Assembly (NCBI RefSeq): GCF_003018115.1
Contig: NZ_CP027457.1
DNA length: 64,000 nt
DNA from: Escherichia coli
GTDB lineage: Bacteria > Pseudomonadota > Gammaproteobacteria > Enterobacterales > Enterobacteriaceae
Reading direction: 5' to 3' (one strand)
Shown: piece after piece, positions 44,434-54,926 of the stretch
Position numbering within the stretch: position 1 is the stretch's first letter
Layout of the letters: each line of letters starts with the position of its first letter
Program-made: the position numbers and the translations under genes
The notes under the pieces: generated by a model
What the model saw: the letters and a program-made list of their open reading frames with translations, nothing else
Database searches by the model: none
What the model was told of the DNA's origin: nothing

Positions 44434-45222
44434 ATGGAAAACAGTTTTAAAGCGGCGCTGAAAGCAGGCCGTCCGCAGATTGGATTATGGCTGGGGCTGA
44501 GCAGCAGCTACAGCGCGGAGTTACTGGCCGGAGCAGGATTCGACTGGTTGTTGATCGACGGTGAGCACGCACCGAACAACGTACAAACCGTGCTCACCCA
44601 ACTACAGGCGATTGCGCCCTACCCCAGCCAGCCGGTGGTACGTCCGTCGTGGAACGATCCGGTGCAAATCAAACAACTGCTGGATGTCGGCACACAAACC
44701 TTACTGGTGCCGATGGTTCAAAACGCTGACGAAGCCCGTGAAGCGGTACGCGCCACCCGTTATCCCCCCGCCGGTATTCGCGGTGTGGGCAGTGCGCTGG
44801 CTCGCGCCTCGCGCTGGAATCGCATTCCTGATTACCTGCAAAAAGCCAACGATCAAATGTGCGTGCTGGTGCAGATCGAAACGCGTGAGGCAATGAAGAA
44901 CTTACCGCAGATTCTGGACGTGGAAGGGGTCGACGGCGTGTTTATCGGCCCGGCGGATCTGAGCGCCGATATGGGTTATGCCGGTAATCCGCAGCACCCG
45001 GAAGTACAGGTCGCCATTGAGCAGGCGATCGTGCAGATCCGCGAAGCGGGTAAGGCGCCGGGGATCCTGATCGCCAATGAGCAACTGGCAAAACGCTATC
45101 TGGAACTGGGCGCGCTGTTTGTCGCCGTCGGCGTTGACACCACCCTGCTCGCCCGCGCCGCCGAAGCGCTGGCAGCACGGTTTGGCGCGCAGGCTACAGC
45201 GATTAAGCCCGGCGTGTATTAA
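44434..45222 (+). CDS. hpaI: 4-hydroxy-2-oxo-heptane-1,7-dioate aldolase HpaI (262 aa)
   Basis: ORF track; start at internal ATG giving [22 protein letters not shown], preceded by AAGGAGAG. Confidence 0.9.
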   Translation: MENSFKAALKAGRPQIGLWLGLSSSYSAELLAGAGFDWLLIDGEHAPNNVQTVLTQLQAIAPYPSQPVVRPSWNDPVQIKQLLDVGTQTLLVPMVQNADEAREAVRATRYPPAGIRGVGSALARASRWNRIPDYLQKANDQMCVLVQIETREAMKNLPQILDVEGVDGVFIGPADLSADMGYAGNPQHPEVQVAIEQAIVQIREAGKAPGILIANEQLAKRYLELGALFVAVGVDTTLLARAAEALAARFGAQATAIKPGVY

Positions 45223-45350
45223 TGCCGGATGCGCTGCGCTTATCCGGCCTACACTCGCACCAAATCGTAGGCCTGATAAGGCGTTACGCCGCATCAGGCA
45301 AAAAGCCGTACCAAATCGCGGACCGGATAAGGCGTTTACGCCGCATCCGC
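45223..45350. repeat. REP cluster between hpaI and hpaX
   Basis: three GCCGGATGCG...CTTATCCGGCCTAC-type palindromic units. Confidence 0.8.
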
Positions 45351-45396
45351 CATAAACCTTGTCGTACCCTACAAAAATCCCATTAGAGGAAGAAAA

Positions 45397-46773
45397 ATGA
45401 GCGACACCTCACCTGCCATACCGGAGAGTATCGATCCGGCGAATCAGCATAAAGCGCTGACTGCCGGACAACAGGCGGTTATTAAGAAGTTGTTTCGCCG
45501 CCTGATCGTCTTTCTGTTCGTGCTGTTTATCTTCTCGTTCCTTGATCGCATCAACATCGGCTTTGCCGGACTCACGATGGGACGCGACCTCGGTCTGAGC
45601 GCCACCATGTTTGGCCTCGCCACCACCCTGTTCTACGCCGCTTATGTCATCTTCGGCATTCCCAGCAACATTATGCTGAGTATTGTCGGTGCGCGACGCT
45701 GGATCGCCACCATCATGGTACTTTGGGGCATCGCCTCTACTGCCACCATGTTTGCCACTGGCCCCACCAGCTTGTACGTACTGCGTATACTGGTTGGCAT
45801 TACCGAAGCCGGCTTTCTGCCCGGTATTCTGCTCTATTTAACCTTCTGGTTTCCGGCCTACTTCCGCGCCCGTGCCAACGCCTTGTTTATGGTGGCAATG
45901 CCGGTAACGACAGCGTTGGGATCGATCGTTTCCGGCTACATTTTGTCGCTGGATGGCGTAATGGCATTAAAAGGCTGGCAGTGGCTGTTTTTGCTGGAAG
46001 GCTTCCCGTCGGTATTACTCGGCGTCATGGTGTGGTTCTGGCTTGATGACTCACCGGACAAAGCTAAGTGGCTGACGAAAGAAGACAAAAAATGCCTGCA
46101 AGAGATGATGGATAACGATCGTCTGACGCTGGTTCAGCCAGAGGGAGCCATCAGCCACCATGCCATGCAACAACGCAGCATGTGGCGGGAGATCTTCACT
46201 CCGGTGGTGATGATGTATACCCTGGCGTATTTCTGCCTGACCAACACACTTAGTGCGATCAGCATCTGGACACCGCAGATCCTGCAAAGCTTTAATCAGG
46301 GCAGCAGTAATATCACCATCGGCCTGCTGGCCGCCGTACCGCAGATTTGTACCATTCTCGGGATGATCTACTGGAGCCGTCACTCAGATCGCCGCCAGGA
46401 ACGAAGGCATCACACCGCCCTTCCTTATTTGTTCGCTGCCGCTGGTTGGTTACTGGCTTCGGCAACTGATCACAACATGATCCAGATGCTGGGGATCATT
46501 ATGGCTTCGACCGGATCATTCAGCGCAATGGCGATTTTCTGGACAACACCGGATCAGTCCATCAGCCTGCGGGCACGAGCGATCGGTATTGCGGTGATCA
46601 ACGCCACTGGCAACATTGGTTCAGCATTAAGTCCGTTTATGATCGGCTGGTTGAAAGATCTGACCGGCAGCTTTAACAGTGGATTGTGGTTTGTTGCCGC
46701 GCTGCTGGTGATTGGTGCAGGGATTATCTGGGCAATTCCAATGCAGTCCTCCCGTCCGCGAGCGACCCCGTAA
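45397..46773 (+). CDS. hpaX: MFS 4-hydroxyphenylacetate transporter HpaX (458 aa)
   Basis: ORF track 458 aa; 12-TM MFS pattern. Confidence 0.92.
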   Translation: MSDTSPAIPESIDPANQHKALTAGQQAVIKKLFRRLIVFLFVLFIFSFLDRINIGFAGLTMGRDLGLSATMFGLATTLFYAAYVIFGIPSNIMLSIVGARRWIATIMVLWGIASTATMFATGPTSLYVLRILVGITEAGFLPGILLYLTFWFPAYFRARANALFMVAMPVTTALGSIVSGYILSLDGVMALKGWQWLFLLEGFPSVLLGVMVWFWLDDSPDKAKWLTKEDKKCLQEMMDNDRLTLVQPEGAISHHAMQQRSMWREIFTPVVMMYTLAYFCLTNTLSAISIWTPQILQSFNQGSSNITIGLLAAVPQICTILGMIYWSRHSDRRQERRHHTALPYLFAAAGWLLASATDHNMIQMLGIIMASTGSFSAMAIFWTTPDQSISLRARAIGIAVINATGNIGSALSPFMIGWLKDLTGSFNSGLWFVAALLVIGAGIIWAIPMQSSRPRATP

Positions 46774-46782
46774 GGAACGACG

Positions 46783-47673
46783 ATGTGTGACCGTCAGATT
46801 GCCAATATTGATATCAGCAAAGAGTACGATGAAAGCCTGGGCACGGACGATGTGCATTATCAGTCGTTCGCCCGCATGGCGGCATTTTTTGGCCGCCATA
46901 TGCTGCCACATCGCCACGAACAGTACTTTCAGATGCATTTCCTCAATAGCGGACAGATTGAGCTACAGCTTGACGATCATCGCTACTCGGTGGAAGCGCC
47001 CCTGTTTGTCCTGACGCCGCCGTCAGTACCTCATGCGTTTATTACGGAGTCTGACGCCGACGGTCATGTGTTGACGGTACGGGAAGATCTGATCTGGCCC
47101 CTGCTGGAAGTTCTTTATCCAGGCACTCGGGAAACCTTCGGCCTGCCGGGGATTTGCCTGTCACTGGCAGATAAACCCGACGAACTGGCGGCGCTGGAAC
47201 ACTATTGGCAACTGATAGAGCGGGAATCGGTGGAACAACTGCCTGGACGGGAACACACCCTGACGTTACTGGCACAGGCAGTGTTCACCCTACTGCTGCG
47301 TAACGCAAAACTCGACGATCATGCCGCCAGCGGAATGCGCGGAGAATTAAAACTGTTCCAGCGTTTTCATATGCTGATTGAAAGCCATTTTCATCAGCAC
47401 TGGACAGTACCAGATTACGCTAACGAACTGCATATCACCGAATCACGCCTCACGGACATCTGCCGCCGCTTTGCCAACCGTCCGCCAAAACGGTTGATTT
47501 TCGACAGGCAGCTGCGAGAAGCCAAACGGCTGCTGCTGTTTTCTGATAACGCCGTGAACAATATTGCCTGGCAACTCGGTTTTAAGGATCCGGCTTATTT
47601 TGCGCGCTTTTTTAATCGCTTAGTCGGTTGCTCGCCCAGTGCTTATCGCGCCAAAAAAGTACCTGTGACGTGA
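46783..47673 (+). CDS. hpaA: AraC/XylS-family activator HpaA of hpaBC (296 aa)
   Basis: ORF track; cupin-like N-terminal domain, C-terminal AraC HTH. Confidence 0.9.
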   Translation: MCDRQIANIDISKEYDESLGTDDVHYQSFARMAAFFGRHMLPHRHEQYFQMHFLNSGQIELQLDDHRYSVEAPLFVLTPPSVPHAFITESDADGHVLTVREDLIWPLLEVLYPGTRETFGLPGICLSLADKPDELAALEHYWQLIERESVEQLPGREHTLTLLAQAVFTLLLRNAKLDDHAASGMRGELKLFQRFHMLIESHFHQHWTVPDYANELHITESRLTDICRRFANRPPKRLIFDRQLREAKRLLLFSDNAVNNIAWQLGFKDPAYFARFFNRLVGCSPSAYRAKKVPVT

Positions 47674-47923
47674 AAATCCCTTAGCCTTAACGGGAAACCA
47701 GGCATCACCTGCTATTCCCCTTTCTCCGCCTGGAGCAAGGGGATTTAGTAACGTTAAAAATCGCTAAAAGCGACCTCGATCACAAAACCGTACCCGACCT
47801 GAAAAGTACCAGCCATTGTCCCAAAAGTCTCTTCCCGTAATCGCCCCTGCAAGCTTCAATTGAATAACAAAAACAACACACAAAATTAACAATCGTATTC
47901 CGATTAATACTGTAGAGGTCGAC

Positions 47924-49486
47924 ATGAAACCAGAAGATTTCCGCGCCAGTACCCAACGTCCGTTCACCGGGGAAGAGTATCTGAAAAGCCTGCAGGATGG
48001 TCGCGAGATCTATATCTACGGCGAGAGAGTGAAAGACGTCACCACTCATCCGGCATTTCGTAATGCGGCAGCGTCTGTTGCCCAACTGTACGACGCGCTA
48101 CACAAACCGGAGATGCAGGACTCTCTGTGTTGGAACACCGACACCGGCAGCGGCGGCTATACCCATAAATTCTTCCGCGTGGCGAAAAGTGCCGACGACC
48201 TGCGCCAGCAACGCGATGCCATCGCTGAGTGGTCACGCCTGAGCTATGGCTGGATGGGCCGTACCCCAGACTACAAAGCTGCTTTCGGTTGCGCACTGGG
48301 CGCGAATCCGGGCTTTTACGGTCAGTTCGAGCAGAACGCCCGTAACTGGTATACCCGTATTCAGGAAACTGGCCTCTACTTTAACCACGCGATTGTTAAC
48401 CCACCGATCGATCGTCATTTGCCGACCGATAAAGTGAAAGACGTTTACATCAAGCTGGAAAAAGAGACTGACGCCGGGATTATCGTCAGCGGTGCGAAAG
48501 TGGTTGCCACCAACTCGGCGCTGACTCACTACAACATGATTGGTTTCGGCTCGGCACAAGTGATGGGCGAAAACCCGGACTTCGCACTGATGTTCGTTGC
48601 GCCAATGGATGCCGATGGCGTGAAATTAATCTCCCGCGCCTCTTATGAGATGGTCGCGGGTGCTACCGGCTCGCCGTACGACTACCCGCTCTCCAGCCGC
48701 TTCGATGAGAACGATGCGATCCTGGTGATGGATAACGTACTGATCCCTTGGGAAAACGTGCTGATCTACCGCGATTTCGATCGCTGCCGTCGCTGGACGA
48801 TGGAAGGCGGTTTTGCCCGTATGTATCCGCTGCAAGCCTGTGTGCGCCTGGCAGTGAAACTCGACTTCATCACGGCACTGCTGAAAAAATCACTCGAATG
48901 TACCGGCACCCTGGAGTTCCGTGGTGTGCAGGCCGATCTCGGTGAAGTGGTGGCGTGGCGCAACACCTTCTGGGCATTGAGTGACTCGATGTGTTCAGAA
49001 GCGACGCCGTGGGTCAACGGGGCTTATTTACCGGATCATGCTGCACTGCAAACCTATCGCGTACTGGCACCAATGGCCTACGCGAAGATCAAAAACATTA
49101 TCGAACGCAACGTTACCAGTGGCCTGATCTATCTCCCTTCCAGTGCCCGTGACCTGAACAATCCGCAGATCGACCAGTATCTGGCGAAGTATGTGCGCGG
49201 TTCGAACGGTATGGATCACGTCCAGCGCATCAAGATCCTCAAACTGATGTGGGATGCCATTGGCAGCGAATTTGGTGGTCGTCACGAGCTGTATGAAATC
49301 AACTACTCCGGTAGCCAGGATGAGATTCGCCTGCAATGTCTGCGCCAGGCACAAAGCTCCGGCAATATGGACAAGATGATGGCGATGGTTGATCGCTGCC
49401 TGTCGGAATACGACCAGAACGGCTGGACTGTGCCGCACCTGCACAACAACGACGATATCAACATGCTGGATAAGCTGCTGAAATAA
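47924..49486 (+). CDS. hpaB: 4-hydroxyphenylacetate 3-monooxygenase, oxygenase component HpaB (520 aa)
   Basis: ORF track 520 aa. Confidence 0.94.
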   Translation: MKPEDFRASTQRPFTGEEYLKSLQDGREIYIYGERVKDVTTHPAFRNAAASVAQLYDALHKPEMQDSLCWNTDTGSGGYTHKFFRVAKSADDLRQQRDAIAEWSRLSYGWMGRTPDYKAAFGCALGANPGFYGQFEQNARNWYTRIQETGLYFNHAIVNPPIDRHLPTDKVKDVYIKLEKETDAGIIVSGAKVVATNSALTHYNMIGFGSAQVMGENPDFALMFVAPMDADGVKLISRASYEMVAGATGSPYDYPLSSRFDENDAILVMDNVLIPWENVLIYRDFDRCRRWTMEGGFARMYPLQACVRLAVKLDFITALLKKSLECTGTLEFRGVQADLGEVVAWRNTFWALSDSMCSEATPWVNGAYLPDHAALQTYRVLAPMAYAKIKNIIERNVTSGLIYLPSSARDLNNPQIDQYLAKYVRGSNGMDHVQRIKILKLMWDAIGSEFGGRHELYEINYSGSQDEIRLQCLRQAQSSGNMDKMMAMVDRCLSEYDQNGWTVPHLHNNDDINMLDKLLK

Positions 49487-49503
49487 CGCAGCAGGAGGTT
49501 AAG

Positions 49504-50016
49504 ATGCAATTAGATGAACAACGCCTGCGCTTTCGTGACGCGATGGCCAGCCTGTCGGCAGCGGTAAATATTATCACCACCGAGGGCGACGCCGGACAAT
49601 GCGGGATTACGGCAACGGCCGTCTGCTCGGTCACGGATACCCCTCCGTCGCTGATGGTGTGCATTAACGCCAACAGTGCGATGAACCCGGTTTTTCAGGG
49701 CAACGGCAAGTTGTGCGTCAACGTCCTCAACCATGAGCAGGAACTGATGGCGCGCCACTTCGCGGGCATGACGGGCATGGCGATGGAAGAGCGTTTTAGC
49801 CTCTCGTGCTGGCAAAAAGGTCCGCTGGCGCAGCCGGTGCTAAAAGGTTCGCTGGCCAGTCTTGAAGGTGAGATCCGCGATGTGCAGGCGATTGGCACAC
49901 ATCTGGTGTATCTGGTGGAGATTAAAAACATCATCCTCAGTGCAGAAGGTCACGGACTTATTTACTTTAAACGCCGTTTCCATCCGGTGATGCTGGAAAT
50001 GGAAGCTGCGATTTAA
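49504..50016 (+). CDS. hpaC: 4-hydroxyphenylacetate 3-monooxygenase, flavin reductase component HpaC (170 aa)
   Basis: ORF track 170 aa; 18 bp after hpaB. Confidence 0.93.
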   Translation: MQLDEQRLRFRDAMASLSAAVNIITTEGDAGQCGITATAVCSVTDTPPSLMVCINANSAMNPVFQGNGKLCVNVLNHEQELMARHFAGMTGMAMEERFSLSCWQKGPLAQPVLKGSLASLEGEIRDVQAIGTHLVYLVEIKNIILSAEGHGLIYFKRRFHPVMLEMEAAI

Positions 50017-50023
50017 GCTCCAG

Positions 50024-50055
50024 CCCCTTCACGCATTCGTCGAAGGGGCATTTTT
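50024..50055 (+). terminator. rho-independent terminator after hpaC
   Basis: CCCCTTC / GAAGGGG stem (50024-50030 / 50042-50048) followed by TTTTT. Confidence 0.7.
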
Positions 50056-50101
50056 ATTGTGATCTCAATCACATATCCACCCGACGAATAATTCTTGCCC
50101 A

Positions 50102-50129
50102 ACCGCTCACCGCCATTCCTGACCGCTTA
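50102..50129 (+). promoter_or_regulatory. direct repeat ACCGCTCA-N12-ACCGCTTA upstream of btsT, candidate BtsR (YehT) response-regulator site
   Basis: two 8-bp direct repeats at 50102-50109 and 50122-50129, about 300 bp upstream of the btsT ATG. Confidence 0.5.
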
Positions 50130-50408
50130 CATCCCTAAAATAACCACTCAGTTATTTACCTTACTTTACGCGCGCGTATCTCTGGCAACATCACTGCAGG
50201 ATAGCGGTCAATTTACCTCCTCAAACGCAACGCAAACCTAGAACGGCTTCGGCCTATGATTAACAAATTACTCTATGGATTTTGGTTTGCAGGAAGGCAG
50301 CAAGTGAGTGAATCCCCGGGAGCTTACAACAGTAAGTGACAGGGGTGAACGAACGCAGCTGCCGCACCTGTAAGCCAAAAGACGACGAGTAAAATGCCAG
50401 GTTTTACT

Positions 50409-52559
50409 ATGGATACGAAAAAACTATTCAAGCACATACCCTGGGTGATTCTCGGAATCATCGGTGCATTCTGCCTCGCGGTAGTTGCATTACGTCGGGG
50501 GGAGCACGTCAGCGCCCTGTGGATCGTGGTCGCCTCTGTGTCGGTGTATCTGGTGGCGTATCGCTACTACAGTCTGTACATCGCCCAGAAGGTGATGAAA
50601 CTCGACCCCACGCGCGCGACGCCTGCGGTTATTAACAACGACGGTCTGAACTACGTTCCGACCAACCGTTACGTGTTGTTTGGTCACCACTTCGCCGCTA
50701 TCGCCGGTGCTGGTCCGCTGGTTGGTCCGGTTCTCGCCGCGCAGATGGGCTACCTGCCTGGCACGCTGTGGCTGCTGGCGGGGGTAGTGCTGGCCGGTGC
50801 GGTACAGGACTTTATGGTGCTGTTTATCTCCTCTCGCCGTAACGGCGCATCTCTCGGTGAGATGATCAAAGAAGAGATGGGACCAGTACCGGGGACTATC
50901 GCGCTGTTTGGCTGTTTCTTAATCATGATCATCATCCTCGCCGTTCTGGCGCTGATTGTGGTTAAAGCCCTGGCCGAAAGTCCGTGGGGTGTCTTCACCG
51001 TTTGCTCAACCGTACCAATTGCGCTGTTTATGGGTATCTATATGCGCTTTATTCGTCCGGGGCGTGTGGGTGAAGTCTCTGTCATTGGTATCGTGCTGCT
51101 GGTTGCCTCTATCTACTTCGGTGGCGTGATTGCTCACGATCCGTACTGGGGTCCGGCACTGACCTTTAAAGACACCACCATTACCTTCGCGCTGATTGGC
51201 TATGCGTTTGTTTCCGCACTGCTGCCGGTGTGGCTGATCCTCGCACCACGCGACTATCTGGCAACCTTCCTGAAAATCGGCGTTATCGTCGGCCTGGCGC
51301 TGGGTATCGTGGTGCTGAACCCGGAACTGAAAATGCCTGCGATGACCCAGTACATTGACGGTACTGGCCCGCTGTGGAAAGGCGCTCTGTTCCCGTTCCT
51401 GTTCATCACCATCGCCTGTGGTGCGGTATCTGGCTTCCACGCACTGATCTCTTCCGGTACGACGCCGAAACTGCTGGCTAATGAAACCGACGCGCGTTTC
51501 ATCGGTTATGGCGCAATGCTGATGGAGTCCTTCGTGGCGATTATGGCGCTGGTTGCTGCGTCCATCATCGAACCAGGTCTTTACTTCGCGATGAATACCC
51601 CGCCTGCTGGCCTTGGCATCACCATGCCTAACCTGCATGAAATGGGTGGCGAGAACGCGCCGATCATCATGGCGCAGTTGAAAGACGTTACCGCACACGC
51701 GGCGGCGACCGTCAGCTCCTGGGGCTTCGTGATTTCGCCAGAGCAGATCCTGCAAACCGCGAAAGACATTGGTGAGCCTTCTGTCCTGAACCGTGCAGGT
51801 GGTGCGCCGACGCTGGCGGTAGGTATCGCTCACGTGTTCCACAAAGTGCTGCCGATGGCTGACATGGGCTTCTGGTATCACTTCGGTATTCTGTTCGAAG
51901 CACTGTTCATCCTGACCGCGCTGGATGCGGGTACCCGTTCTGGCCGCTTTATGTTGCAAGACCTGCTGGGTAACTTCATCCCGTTCCTGAAAAAAACCGA
52001 CTCTCTGGTTGCCGGTATCATCGGTACTGCGGGCTGTGTGGGTCTGTGGGGCTACCTGCTGTATCAGGGCGTGGTCGATCCGCTGGGCGGCGTTAAGAGC
52101 CTGTGGCCGTTGTTCGGTATCTCCAACCAGATGCTGGCAGCCGTGGCGCTGGTACTGGGTACCGTTGTGCTGATTAAGATGAAGCGCACCCAATACATCT
52201 GGGTAACTGTTGTTCCGGCTGTATGGCTGCTTATCTGCACCACCTGGGCACTGGGTCTGAAACTGTTCAGCACCAACCCGCAGATGGAAGGCTTCTTCTA
52301 CATGGCAAGCCAGTACAAAGAGAAGATTGCTAACGGTACTGACCTGACGGCGCAGCAGATTGCCAACATGAACCACATCGTTGTGAACAACTACACCAAC
52401 GCAGGTCTGAGTATTCTGTTCCTGATTGTGGTGTACAGCATCATCTTCTACGGTTTCAAAACCTGGCTGAAGGTGCGTAACAGCGACAAACGTACTGACA
52501 AAGAAACACCGTACGTTCCAATCCCGGAAGGCGGCGTGAAGATCTCTTCGCACCACTAA
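50409..52559 (+). CDS. btsT: CstA-family pyruvate/H+ symporter BtsT (YjiY, 716 aa)
   Basis: ORF track; start at internal ATG giving MDTKKLFKHIPWVILGIIGAF; multi-TM CstA-like. Confidence 0.93.
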   Translation: MDTKKLFKHIPWVILGIIGAFCLAVVALRRGEHVSALWIVVASVSVYLVAYRYYSLYIAQKVMKLDPTRATPAVINNDGLNYVPTNRYVLFGHHFAAIAGAGPLVGPVLAAQMGYLPGTLWLLAGVVLAGAVQDFMVLFISSRRNGASLGEMIKEEMGPVPGTIALFGCFLIMIIILAVLALIVVKALAESPWGVFTVCSTVPIALFMGIYMRFIRPGRVGEVSVIGIVLLVASIYFGGVIAHDPYWGPALTFKDTTITFALIGYAFVSALLPVWLILAPRDYLATFLKIGVIVGLALGIVVLNPELKMPAMTQYIDGTGPLWKGALFPFLFITIACGAVSGFHALISSGTTPKLLANETDARFIGYGAMLMESFVAIMALVAASIIEPGLYFAMNTPPAGLGITMPNLHEMGGENAPIIMAQLKDVTAHAAATVSSWGFVISPEQILQTAKDIGEPSVLNRAGGAPTLAVGIAHVFHKVLPMADMGFWYHFGILFEALFILTALDAGTRSGRFMLQDLLGNFIPFLKKTDSLVAGIIGTAGCVGLWGYLLYQGVVDPLGGVKSLWPLFGISNQMLAAVALVLGTVVLIKMKRTQYIWVTVVPAVWLLICTTWALGLKLFSTNPQMEGFFYMASQYKEKIANGTDLTAQQIANMNHIVVNNYTNAGLSILFLIVVYSIIFYGFKTWLKVRNSDKRTDKETPYVPIPEGGVKISSHH

Positions 52560-52567
52560 CCGTGTTT

Positions 52568-52595
52568 AGCCCCGCTTCGGCGGGGCTTTGTTCTT
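52568..52595 (+). terminator. rho-independent terminator after btsT
   Basis: AGCCCCGC-TTCG-GCGGGGCT hairpin followed by TTTGTTCTT. Confidence 0.7.
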
Positions 52596-52608
52596 ATCAG
52601 AGTGAACT

Positions 52609-52812
52609 ATGTTTGGTAACTTAGGACAGGCAAAAAAATATCTCGGCCAGGCGGCGAAGATGTTGATTGGCATTCCAGACTACGACAACTACGTCGAGCA
52701 TATGAAGACCAACCATCCCGACAAGCCGTACATGAGCTATGAAGAATTCTTCCGCGAACGCCAGAACGCGCGCTACGGCGGCGATGGTAAAGGCGGTATG
52801 CGCTGTTGTTAA
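52609..52812 (+). CDS. yjiX: small protein YjiX (DUF466, 67 aa)
   Basis: ORF track 67 aa; conserved partner downstream of the CstA-family transporter. Confidence 0.85.
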
Positions 52813-52822
52813 TGGAGAGAGC

Positions 52823-53779
52823 ATGAACCCGATTGCAGTTACCCTACTCACCGGTTTTTTAGGCGCGGGCAAAACCACCCTGCTGCGCCATATTCTTAAC
52901 GAACAACACGGCTACAAGATTGCCGTGATTGAAAACGAATTCGGCGAAGTCTCCGTTGATGATCAATTGATTGGTGATCGCGCCACGCAGATCAAAACGC
53001 TGACCAACGGCTGCATCTGCTGTTCGCGCTCCAACGAGCTGGAGGACGCGCTACTCGACCTGCTGGACAATCTCGACAAGGGCAATATTCAGTTCGATCG
53101 TCTGGTCATTGAATGCACCGGCATGGCCGATCCCGGCCCGATTATTCAGACCTTTTTCTCCCATGAGATTTTATGCCAGCGTTACCTGCTGGACGGGGTG
53201 ATTGCGCTGGTGGATGCGGTACATGCCGATGAGCAGATGAACCAGTTCACCATCGCCCAGTCCCAGGTGGGCTACGCTGACCGTATTCTGCTGACTAAAA
53301 CCGACGTCGCAGGCGAAGCAGAGAAACTGCGTGAACGCCTGGCGCGCATCAACGCCCGTGCACCGGTCTACACCGTCACCCACGGGGACATCGACCTGGG
53401 CCTGCTGTTCAACACCAACGGTTTTATGCTGGAAGAAAACGTCGTCAGCACCAAACCGCGTTTTCACTTTATCGCGGATAAACAAAACGATATTTCGTCG
53501 ATTGTGGTGGAACTGGATTACCCGGTAGATATCAGCGAAGTTTCCCGCGTGATGGAAAACCTGCTGCTGGAATCGGCGGATAAACTGCTGCGTTACAAAG
53601 GGATGCTATGGATTGACGGCGAACCTAACCGTCTGCTGTTCCAGGGCGTCCAGCGCCTCTACAGCGCCGACTGGGACCGCCCGTGGGGCGATGAAAAACC
53701 GCATAGCACGATGGTGTTTATCGGGATTCAGTTGCCGGAGGAAGAGATTCGGGCAGCGTTTGCGGGGTTGAGGAAGTAA
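52823..53779 (+). CDS. yjiA: CobW/COG0523-family metal-binding GTPase YjiA (318 aa)
   Basis: ORF track; start at internal ATG giving MNPIAVTLLTGFLGAGKTTLL (Walker A); CxCC motif GCICCS. Confidence 0.92.
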   Translation: MNPIAVTLLTGFLGAGKTTLLRHILNEQHGYKIAVIENEFGEVSVDDQLIGDRATQIKTLTNGCICCSRSNELEDALLDLLDNLDKGNIQFDRLVIECTGMADPGPIIQTFFSHEILCQRYLLDGVIALVDAVHADEQMNQFTIAQSQVGYADRILLTKTDVAGEAEKLRERLARINARAPVYTVTHGDIDLGLLFNTNGFMLEENVVSTKPRFHFIADKQNDISSIVVELDYPVDISEVSRVMENLLLESADKLLRYKGMLWIDGEPNRLLFQGVQRLYSADWDRPWGDEKPHSTMVFIGIQLPEEEIRAAFAGLRK

Positions 53780-53787
53780 GGGGTTAT

Positions 53788-53817
53788 GGGCCGGATAAGG
53801 CGCAGCCGCATCCGGCC
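53788..53817. repeat. REP element between yjiA and mrr
   Basis: GGGCCGGATAAGGCGCAGCCGCATCCGGCC palindrome. Confidence 0.75.
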
Positions 53818-53824
53818 TGATATT

Positions 53825-54739
53825 TCACTCAAAATAGTCCATATCCAGTTTCGGCACCTTCAACAAACGTGAAGAAACCCCTACTTCGTTTTCGATCATT
53901 AAGTGCACCAGGCGTTCCCCATCAACCAACACCATACCCTCGACGGATTGAGCAAAGTCACGCGCCTGAGACGTAAATCCAGAAGTGGTAATAAACACCC
54001 CACGTTTCGCCTTTTGCCCAGCCAGTGCGCCGTAAAATGCCTGTAATTCTGGCCTGCCTACAGTGTTCTGCCAACGTTTTGCCTGAACATAAACTTTCTC
54101 CAGGCCAAGTTTATCAAGCGATATCACACCATCGATGCCACCATCTCCAGTACCGCCAACACGCTGCAAATCATCACGGTGGCCGCCATACCCCAGGCGA
54201 TGCAAAACATCCAGAACAATGACTTCAAAGCGCGAAGGAGAAACCTGCAATAAGTTTTCCAGAACCTCATCAGCCACCGCATCACTAAGCTCTTTTAGCG
54301 CCTGATCTAACCGATCGTCCGGGCTGCTCTTTGCAAGTTCTTCATGATCGGGAGAGTCGGCTTTCGGATCTAAATCGACGGCATCCGGCCGTGACTTAAG
54401 TTTGACATTCACAAAATCGAAGGCCAGATGGTTCGTCTCCTGCTCCGTCATTGGCTGGGGATGAGACGCAACCCAGTCAAAACCCGCAGGAGTCAGGCAC
54501 CATTTGCCACGCGACAAACTTTGCGACAACCCGGCACGTTTTAAACGGTCATGCGCCCAGCCTGCACGATTTTTATAAACAAGTTGTCCGCTGGTAATGA
54601 CTTTCGCTCGCTGGCTGTCATCCAGTCCTAATGCATCCGCGGCAGCCTCATGAACATCACGCGCGGCTGCACCTTCCGGTTTTGTCGCCAGATAACGCAG
54701 AACAGGTTCAATAAATTTGTCATAGGTAGGAACCGTCAT
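53825..54739 (-). CDS. mrr: Mrr, Type IV methylated-adenine/cytosine-dependent restriction endonuclease (304 aa)
   Basis: ORF track 304 aa, MTVPTYDKFIEPVLRYLATKPEGAAARDV. Confidence 0.93.
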   Translation of the reverse strand: MTVPTYDKFIEPVLRYLATKPEGAAARDVHEAAADALGLDDSQRAKVITSGQLVYKNRAGWAHDRLKRAGLSQSLSRGKWCLTPAGFDWVASHPQPMTEQETNHLAFDFVNVKLKSRPDAVDLDPKADSPDHEELAKSSPDDRLDQALKELSDAVADEVLENLLQVSPSRFEVIVLDVLHRLGYGGHRDDLQRVGGTGDGGIDGVISLDKLGLEKVYVQAKRWQNTVGRPELQAFYGALAGQKAKRGVFITTSGFTSQARDFAQSVEGMVLVDGERLVHLMIENEVGVSSRLLKVPKLDMDYFE

Positions 54740-54926
54740 AGTACATCCTTGCAGAATCAGGTAGATGTTTTTCGGCTACTATAACACTACCAAAATAGAC
54801 GAACACGTTAGAAATGAGTCAGTTGCTGTGACCGTGGTCATTGCCCGGAAAGGTACAGAAAGCTAAGATAAGGCGTTATGGGCCTTAAATATTTGGACAG
54901 GCCCACACAGCAATGGATTAATAACA

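Noticed and set aside
51006-52556. 516-aa minus-strand ORF
   Set aside because: Antisense to btsT; Arg/His-rich low-complexity product typical of the reverse frame of a GC-rich membrane-protein gene.
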